Of a stretch of DNA of 64,000 bases, positions 55,570-64,000 are shown piece after piece (position 1 is the first letter of the stretch; every line of letters starts with the position of its first letter). The notes under the pieces were generated by a model, which did not search any database, was not told where the DNA came from, and saw nothing but the letters and a program-made list of their open reading frames with translations. A program made the position numbers and the translations under genes. The stretch is from Takakia lepidozioides (lineage: Eukaryota > Plantae > Bryophyta). Location: NCBI GenBank assembly GCA_030704615.1, contig CM060733.1, positions 19,530,001-19,594,000 of the forward strand. Reading direction: 5' to 3'.

Positions 55570-56887
55570 TCAAAACGACCCAACTTGGGTCGGTTGGGTT
55601 TAGAGAACAGGCTGGTTATCCCTTAGGTTAAGCTTGATGTGGGCCCACATAGGCTCATTCTATTGGAAATCAAGTCAGGTGTATAACATGGAATTTCCCA
55701 ATTGGTCATATGTCCTGGAAATTTCCACGTGGAGAGCGTAGAGTAGAGTCCGCCACACTAGTGATTTTGAGGCCACTTTCCACCATCTAACCTGCCCTGA
55801 GGATGACGTGACAACCGGGGTCATGTTAGGGTGAAATTCCATGCACCCCCCATGGCAGGGTGGCGCGTCTCCCAACACCCTTTATTGCTCCACTTACCCC
55901 TAAATGGCACCCGCAGCCGACCTGCCTTGGAGATCCTCCATGCCATCCAAACTCATCCAAATTCATCCAACATCATCCGTGGAAGTATGGATGTAGAAAC
56001 CTCCCACATTCATCCAAATGCAAATCCTGTTGGCATATTCCGTCCACTTTGTGAAATCCGGCAAGTTTTGTTTTCCTGTCATGAAAACCGGGACACATTT
56101 CCGGCATGGGTGGCCCATGAACGCGTGGGGTGGGTGACCCCAAAACCCAATAAACATAGGGGTGGCCCGAACCTGGGTTGGGGTGTGGACATGCCTTGGG
56201 AGGGGTGGAGGCCTAATCAATTTAGGGACGGGTAGAATGAGGCACCCCCTAAAACCCTCCACAAGAGAGCGCTACTGGCCAAAAATGATAGACGTGCAAT
56301 TGCAAGTCTCATGGGCAGGGGGTAAAAAGACCTAGTACGAGACTCAGATTGGCCAGAAATGTTTTAGGGGAAAAGCCATACCCACCCACAACATTCCCAC
56401 CGGAGCGATTGCCAAATGAACGGCTCAAAAGTTTTCCTCAATTTTCTGAACAAACATTTTTTCCTGCCCGAAGGTAAACCCCAAATTTGACCCCCCATTG
56501 TTAGCATACAAAGCAGCCCACCTGAGATTATGTCAGAAAAAGATGAAATTTGCAGGGAAGGTGTCTTATATGACAGGGCACCAGATTCTGGAGAGTGTCA
56601 TGTCAGACCAGTTCGCAGATGGGAAATTCGATAGAAAAATCACTTTTTGTTTCCCTATTTACTTCATGTTTGTTTTCTTTTTGCACCACTTTAGACATTA
56701 TATTCTTTGGATCTGCTGGTTGGAGTTAGACAGGGATTTTTGTGGTCATAGGTGGGGTGGTTGAGAGTATATTCCAACGGTTAGTTTTACAGGGCCTTAG
56801 TAAATCTCAAGATATAAATGTTTTAGAGGGCCAGGGTCCAGTTTTTGAGGTCTTGGCAAAAATTGGCCCTTGTCCTTTAGGGGTTAA
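55570..56887. mobile_element. 1.3-kb insertion with one piggyBac-like end (..GGGG-TTAA)
   Basis: Absent from the paralogous sequence at about 9675. gggttaa occurs at both junctions; no matching left TIR. Confidence 0.45.
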
Positions 56888-58386
56888 ACTGTCCCCAAGA
56901 GGAAAAAACAAAAACTCGTAGAGCTAGATATATTGACACAAAGAAATAATTCAAACTATTCTCTTCACTCCTTCAAACTTGACAATACTATCATGTTGTA
57001 AATACCTTAATCTGGCATTAGGAAAAGGATGAACTCCCTGAAATTTATCCCCAAGGACACTATCTACCACGGCCCTTCAGGACATATAGGTAGGAAAGAA
57101 CGCCAAGTTGCTAGGTCAAAACCAGCCCGCAATTCTTATTGCGATCGGGCTGAGGGGAACAGAACGTTATGTGAGAAGACGCGCATGGTTACATTGTTCA
57201 CAAAAGAGATATGACCCTCCGACAAATCCATTGCAGACTACCGTGGGGCCGCGCCGTCTCCAGGCACGTCAGCCCTGGAAAAGTTAAATGAGGTAGCTGA
57301 AACACATCGTACAAACCAAAAACAGACCCTCCGCGTAGTTAAGGGTGCGACAGTTGCTTTGAACAATGATAAATTTCTTAGGGTGACAGGGAAAGAATGG
57401 AGAGGGGGCTCTTTTTGATGAACAGATTACAGGGTAATTGCTAATCCCCGCAGTGGAAATGAGCTAGCTCTGAAAATTTGTAGGACTCATGAATTGAATT
57501 TCCAACATTTTTAAGCTGGTGTAAAACAGGTGTAAAACTGTAATGATATCTAAAACTGTATGATGCACATATTGTATAGCGGAGGAGAGATTCTCCTGAC
57601 ACTGTGGAGTCCTGTCCTTCCTCTTCATTCTCATGTTCGAAACTATTTTGAAGAGCTTTCCACAAGATTCGGCCTTCAGGTGACAGTTTCAACTTTCTTT
57701 TAAGCCCTAAGTAAAACATGTTGACTATTCTGCAGTAAAAAAAAGATTGCATGCCACTGTTTGTGGCGAATTTTGATGTGCTTGCAAAATCTTATTGAGA
57801 CATGAAATTTGTTTATACTTTAAGTACTTCACATGTGTACACATACAGCCCTGGACTATGATATCCATTTGAACACGGTAGAGAAGGGGGTCTAAAGCAA
57901 CAGATTTCAGGCTCCAGCACTCCCATGCACCTTGAGCTTCATAGATTTGACGGGGTCCGAAGGAAACAATCAGGCAGGTCGATGCCCTGGCCCCGGCTGA
58001 AAAGATTGCTTGCAAATATAAGGGAGATTGAATCATGAATAACTGTTTGTACATACCTCCACTGAAAAGTCTGAACCTGTGTGGATCTTATGTACAAATC
58101 AAAATTTGACCTTCAAAGAAATAAAGTTATCACCTGTACCAATTCAGGGTACAGCTCATTATAGGTACATGCATCTCCGTTGCCAATGTTTGCTATGGCA
58201 GAGGGGGTGATTTCAGCCCCATGATCCATCTATTAAACTTAAAACTGTTCAGCCTTTCAATGATCCTTAAAATTGAATATGGGCCACAAGTGCTTGATCA
58301 GCCTTGATTAATGTTTTGTGTAACTAAAGATCTCATAACTTTAATTTAGATACTTGGCTTTCTGGCAAACTCGGCACCAGGGTTCA

Positions 58387-59010
58387 TTACAGCGGGTCTT
58401 TCCTAAAGCGGGACAGCACGGGGTAGATCTGCTCGAAGGCCTTATAGATGTCCCTCCTATCCTTCGCACCAGCGATCACAATCTTGCCAGATGTAAAAAC
58501 GAGCAACACTAGCTTGGGCTCTTCCATTCTGTAGATCAATCCTGGAAACAATTCAGGCTCGTAGGAGGCATGGCGGCTTTGGTCATACACCATCGTCTCC
58601 AATTTGATAGGGAACTTGACATCACATGAGCCAACCATATTCTGAATCTTGAAGTCCTTGAGGTGGACAGTGAAGCCAAGCTTCTGTACGATGCGCACGA
58701 ACTTGGCGGCTGCCAGTCTCGCCAACGCCTCACTCTTGCCACCCGTGCACACCATCTTCCCCGATGAAAATAGGAGGGCAGTTGTCTTGGGCTCTTTGAT
58801 CCGCATCACCACAGCTTGAAACCGCTTGGGATTGTATTCGGCATTCCTAGCTTGCATCGCTATCTTCTTCAGGTCCAGCTTACAACCCATGCTCACTGTT
58901 ACGACAACATTCTGAACCGTGGGGATCAGACCGGAGGGATGCACGGCGAGATCTACAAACTGCTCATTGCTACCTTCACCCACGATCATCCGGTATTCAG
59001 AATCTGCCAT
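58387..59010 (-). CDS. TBP: Intronless, divergent TATA-binding protein (207 aa)
   Basis: Both TBP repeats are present: [32 protein letters not shown] and [33 protein letters not shown]. First ATG at 59010. Confidence 0.95.
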   Translation of the reverse strand: MADSEYRMIVGEGSNEQFVDLAVHPSGLIPTVQNVVVTVSMGCKLDLKKIAMQARNAEYNPKRFQAVVMRIKEPKTTALLFSSGKMVCTGGKSEALARLAAAKFVRIVQKLGFTVHLKDFKIQNMVGSCDVKFPIKLETMVYDQSRHASYEPELFPGLIYRMEEPKLVLLVFTSGKIVIAGAKDRRDIYKAFEQIYPVLSRFRKDPL

Positions 59011-59663
59011 GTACGATCTGCTCTTTGAGAACTCCTGTTTTTCCCTCACTGGACCAAACACGAGCACCAATTGATAATTACTCTCGTCTTTCCCTCAGTA
59101 GACCTAGCACCAAAGCCTTTCTCACAACAATTTCACTCTCCAAGCGTTTCTAAACAACAGTTCGATCTCGCCTTACTCTTAGTAGACCAAACACCAGCAG
59201 AGCCTCGCTCCACAGCAATCGAAAGAGGCATATGTTTGATCAACGGATTGAGGCCGCTTGTGAACAGCCGGGCAAAAGTAAAAACATTAGTCACTTTTAC
59301 TATTTTTAGGTTGCCACTTGTGAACAGCCGGGCAAAAGTAAGAACATTTGTTACTTTTGGTATTTTTGGGTTGCATCCTATTGTTTTCCATTTATTAGTG
59401 GATAATATTACCATAATTGTCATGCTTATGTCACAGAATCTTCGGACCGTTAAGAGGGTGGACCCCTAAGCTGCCGAATGCAAGAATGCCACGTGAAGAG
59501 ATGCCACAGGTCGGACCATGGTGATGTGAGTGCAGCGGCTCTCTCTATCTGCAACTCCCGCGCTCTCTCGCTCTGTCTGTATCCTCTCCCTCTCGCGTTC
59601 GTTTTGAGGTTTGGGATTGCGGTCTAAGAATTCGGTTGCCACTCATCCTTCCTGCTCGGCACG
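59011..59663. promoter_or_regulatory. Shared divergent TBP/TPI intergenic region
   Basis: 653 bp between the start codons; G-box gccacgtg near 59488; CT-rich TPI leader; a tandem duplication of about 58 bp at 59253-59370. Confidence 0.55.
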
Positions 59664-62097
59664 ATGACGCGTAAATTTTTCGTCGGAGGAAACTGGAAAT
59701 GTGTAAGTATTGTTCTCTCTGTGTCTGTTGATTGTTTCATGTCGGTCGAGTATAATCCCGTGGAAAAAATGGAAGGGAAGGATAAGGGATTCTCACAACA
59801 AGAACGTCAGATCTCTCTACATTTTAATGCTGAAATCTTCAGCATTGCTGTTGACAGTGATTTGGCGGAAATTTGAAACTCTTTTCGCGGATATTTTCCG
59901 TCAGTAGAATTTGCTTCATTGCTGGACGGTGTCTACATTTTCTGGTTTGACAGTCTTTGGTCAGACATATCTCTATGTTTTGTTCGGTTGATTTTCTTCA
60001 CACCACTGGGAAATTCTGCACAGAGCGGAACAATTCTTCTTCAGCAGAGATGATCGTTTAGAGCGTTTGACCGGTCTTCTTCTTTCATGAAAGAGGCATT
60101 TCTGAGGGACTGCCGCTCTCGCACCGTGCGGTTTTGTAAAATCCAGCGATCATATTGTGACTCTGGGGAGTACTGTAGCTGGAGACAGGATTGAGCTTGT
60201 GAGAGAAGTGCAATGAGCCTGCAATTAGCTTGACTGCGCCAGCCTGCATGGCATGGTCCTCACATGCCAGTTTCCATGAACCAACTCACAGGACAGTGCC
60301 TCAACTATGTTTCCAAAGCTAGTGTAATGTGCAATAGTTATCGGGCATGTCTTATCTAACTCCCGACATCATCTCAGCCGACGTTTTCGGGGATGTGTAC
60401 AACGCGTGAGAGTGAAATTGACCTTTCATATCAAGTCTATATGCAAAGCATATGCATATGGCCTGGCAACTGCGCAAATGTCTGTAGCAGACTGCGCTGT
60501 GCGTGTTCCCCGAGTGCTTAGGCAATTTGTACACCTGGGGCACCTTGAAGCTATGCTTGGTGAGCAAGGTATTCCAAGGTGGAGTGGCATCAGTCAGATC
60601 TTAGTTGAACATCTTTTGTCTTTATGCCGTTTGAGTATCGCTCAGTCAAGCGTTGGAAGCCTTCAAAGTCTTGCAGCATATAATGCCAGTGTTTTGAGTT
60701 CTGAATTGCACTGACTGTCAAGGATCTCATATAAATGTTAGGCTATTCACTTTTCAGGTACGTAGCGCTCAAATTGGTTAGAACTGCTGACTTCTCATCT
60801 TCTCTGTTCATTGCGCAGAAGCAATGAGTTCTGAACTTGTCTCTTTTGAAATAGGAAAATGTGTATTTTCTCTCATTCAATGTAAATCTGAAATGTAGTT
60901 TGACCCTATGAAGCTTAAATTCCCTAAGGAGTCATGTTATGAGGTTCTTGACTGTAGAATGGAACTGTGGAGGAAGTGAAGAAGATTGTCTGTATGCTAA
61001 ACCAAGGGGAAGTACCATGCCCTAATCACATAGGTGAGCTACTATTTATCTTGCTGTATATCTCTAAACTATTGTCACAAGATAATTTCTGCAAAAGTGG
61101 CACATACATGGATTACTTTCCTGCATCTTATCAGTTCTGCGAAATGCCTCTTCTGTACATCCGGCCACACCTCTTACACCGTACACACAATCCTTTTCTT
61201 TCTGAGAAGCAGCTATTTGGCCGCAGAGACGGTAATTGCACCTCCAGCTGTGTTTCTCCAAACTGTCAAGTGTACGCTGCGCCCAGATTTCCATGTTGCT
61301 GCACAGAACTGTTGGATAAAGAAGGGTGGTGCTTTCACTGGAGAAATTAGGTTCTGACTGAAAACCCCTACTACTACCTGTTACCAGTTTCACATACAAG
61401 ATAGACATGGAGCCCTGCTTTTGGGCTCTTTAGTGGCAGTGGCTAGACGGACATGGTGTAGTAAGATTCTCTTTTATGGTTGGCCGGTGCAGTATGAAAA
61501 CCAGTATATCGCTCATGGCTGTCTGCATGATCAGCTAGTGGTGGTGGTTGTCCAACTTATTGCTACTGTCTTCCGGATAGTGGTAGCTCAATACTTTGAT
61601 GGAGATATGAGTGACTTGGAGCCCCTTTACACATAGTTTAGTTTTCTATGCTTGTCACATATATATTCACCCCACTCCTTTTTCTCAGTTGTGCCATCAG
61701 TGCCCACTACGAACTAGTCTTTGGGTATTATCTGAGGTGGTTTTTGCCAAAGCTCATTGACATTTTTTAATAAGAAACAGGAGTATGTTAAGTTGGATAG
61801 TCAGTATATATGGCTCTTCTACCTAGAGAGAGAGATGGCAATAGTAGTACTAAGTTTTGCTTATTATTGCAAATGGGGACTGTTGTAGTGCAGAGATGTT
61901 GGTCAACATGGGCATTCCATGGGTCATTCTGGGCCACTCCGAAAGGCGGACTCTTTGCGGGGAAACCAATGAGGTACAGTGTTGTCTGCTTTTCTTACCT
62001 GATTCTTGTGTGGCAAATGACATGCACTGTAAACTTCTCAAATATTGTGGGACACATTGTTCTGGAGCACCCTACCCAACTCCATTGAAACCCCTTC

Positions 62098-62128
<31 letters not shown>

Positions 62129-63694
62129 TCTTCCCTGTTTTTGTTTTTCTTTCCATTTTGTCCCATAAGCTCTATGAGCTTTCCGCGGACGTTATAAAGC
62201 ACCATTTCATTTCGTTTCATTTCCCTGAACCTGTTTCCAGTCTGTGACATGGGGGAGGATATCATGGATGACCTCAAGGGTCTACCCACTCTTGGCACCA
62301 GACTGAAATTTAAACTCAGGGCAGGAAGCCTACCTTTGAACATTAAACAGAAGCAGAGAGGAAAGGGAGAGTGCAATTGCCCGTTGTGTGGGCAACCCGA
62401 AGACAATATTCATTTTCTGATTCACTGTCCGGGGTACTCTCACCAGAGAGAAGCTCTCCTCCAATCTATCAAGAGAATTGTGCCTGTACCTCTGTTTACC
62501 AACTCTGAAAGTCTCGAGGCTGAGCCAAAAGCCCAGGCCCTTCTGAGGCCTAGTTTCTGGGCAAATCACACACAGCAGATTGATGCTTGTGTGAAGGGAT
62601 TTCTAGAGGATATCTGGAAAACCCGAATCAATTCTATGTGACATTTTGGGCTAACACAGCCCCCAATGCTTATCCTGAGGCATCACAGTGTACATGAAAT
62701 ACCACATGTCAGTGAGGGTTAATCAGTACAGGTGTAGTTGTTACTGTCAACAGGCTGCAGAAAAATAAAAAGACCACATATTCACACTACAGAACTCTTG
62801 CATGAAATCATCCAAATACTCATGGAAAGATTCACTTATCACTCTCTGGAAAGTTGCTGGTGCATTACAAAGTCCAAAAAGGCATGACTTTGTATGCATA
62901 AGCACCTCAGTCTGTGATGAAAGTTGTCTTTCCATGATCTTCTTCAACTACTTGTACTTGGTTATACCCACTGAAGTCATCCATGAATGAGTACATCTCA
63001 TGGCCTGCCACAGTGTCCAGTACAGCTTCTGTGAATAACAAAGGAAATGGATCTTTCTTTGTATAAAGGTAAGTCTTACTACCAATGTCAGCCCCTGACA
63101 GAGGTAGGTTCTGTCCCTTTGGTTTCCGCTCAAACTGGGCGCGGGGTCAATGGCCACAAGGCTACGGCAAACGTCTTATGAGTACATTCTCTTTCTGTCT
63201 TTCTAGCTGCTATGGTAGGTGTGGAATCAAATGCCCATCTTGATTTCAAGAACAGATGAATTTGATATAAGCAGAGGGACCAGTTGACTTCACTAGACGA
63301 GACGAAAGTACCCCAAGATAGTAAGATGGACCTGTCAAACAGGGCAGATCACATGTGGAATTTTTATGGTAATGAATATCTCAAGCCCAGACATTCCAGG
63401 CAAAGGAGTGGAGGATCACAGCCTAATTTGAAGAACGCACTATTAAAGGCCCTTCCAATGCTGGGAATAATGGATGAAGATAGCAAGGATAAACCAATTC
63501 AATCAACTTCATTAGTTCCTTAGGTCTCCATCTGATATGGACTACGTAGTGGTGCTTGCAGATTGTTGCAGAAAAGACAGAGTATGCATTGGGTCAGGGA
63601 CTGAAAGTGTGCCTCTGTGTGGGGGAGACACTGAGGGAGCGCGAGGCTAATGAAACTGCTGCTGTTGTGGCCAGGCAGGCCCAAGCTGTGGCAG
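59664..63694 (+). CDS. TPI: Cytosolic triosephosphate isomerase, exons 1-5 (59664-59702, 60958-61033, 61227-61350, 61889-61973, 63562-63694); continues beyond the window
   Basis: [13 protein letters not shown]|[34 protein letters not shown]. All introns are GT-AG; exon sizes 39/76/124/85/133 keep the frame and match the plant cTPI layout. Confidence 0.95.
62230..63205 (+). mobile_element. 5'-truncated LINE (C-terminal CCHC finger and 3' UTR) in TPI intron 4
   Basis: [31 protein letters not shown]; ends in a short tct-rich tail; interrupted at 62637-63063. Confidence 0.8.
62637..63063 (-). repeat. Copy of the Gypsy RT/RH fragment 19306-19730 inserted into the intronic LINE
   Basis: Only about 7 differences in about 425 bp, and it shares the private deletion-plus-filler junction. 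Confidence 0.93.
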
Positions 63695-64000
63695 GTTGGG
63701 CTCCATCAGGACCTCCATCCTTGAGTAGGGAAGTTCGAGGAGAAGAACTGTTAAAGTGGTAGTAGAATTACGGAGGTCAGTTGGTAAGGTTCCATCAGGG
63801 TTCAGGAACCCGTGAGTAGCAATAGAGAAGTCAGCACTGAAACCATCTCTTGTTACAATCCCCATAGTTAGCACTTGCAATCAAATGAGGCAAAGTTTGG
63901 AATCTCTGTAATTTTATGTCATTCATGTCTGATTTGTCATCCTCAACAACGTTGGCTTATTGGTCTCGAGTTCCACATTCAGTTTAGGGTTTAGGGTTAA

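Noticed and set aside
63983-64000. TTTAGGG repeats as a telomere
   Set aside because: Only two imperfect units inside a TPI intron; telo-box-like at most.

Overview
Eukaryotic, TE-dense window from a land plant, most likely a non-seed plant (inferred from a Tcn1-like chromovirus, a Sola-type transposase, a PLS-class PPR fragment, TTTAGGG boxes and plant-type TPI exon sizes). There is a 500-N scaffold gap at 28898-29397. The left 38.6 kb is a nest of Ty3/Gypsy elements: five or six pieces of one non-chromovirus family ('family A', about 13.6 kb reconstructed, about 1.1-kb LTRs, Arg-type PBS) and one complete chromovirus (family B, 10378-18710, tRNA-iMet PBS, 5-bp TSD). The right part holds a degenerate RING-finger gene, an intron-containing Sola2-like DDD transposase with a phased palindrome array, a Crypton/DUF3504-type tyrosine-recombinase fragment, two intronless divergent TBP copies (one intact, one pseudogene) and the first five exons of a cytosolic triosephosphate isomerase gene lying head-to-head with the intact TBP. 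Best novelty candidates: (1) family A encodes an extra 231-aa ORF that starts inside the LTR, reads through the PBS, shows clear purifying selection between copies and carries an F-box-like motif, plus two more ORFs downstream of pol; (2) a divergent TBP retro-paralogue that has lost one TATA-contacting Thr; (3) a web of short, microhomology-bounded templated insertions exchanged between sites 10-50 kb apart, including a PPR-gene filler at an inversion breakpoint; (4) Crypton-like and Sola2-like elements in a plant genome. Many frameshifts may be consensus errors rather than real lesions.
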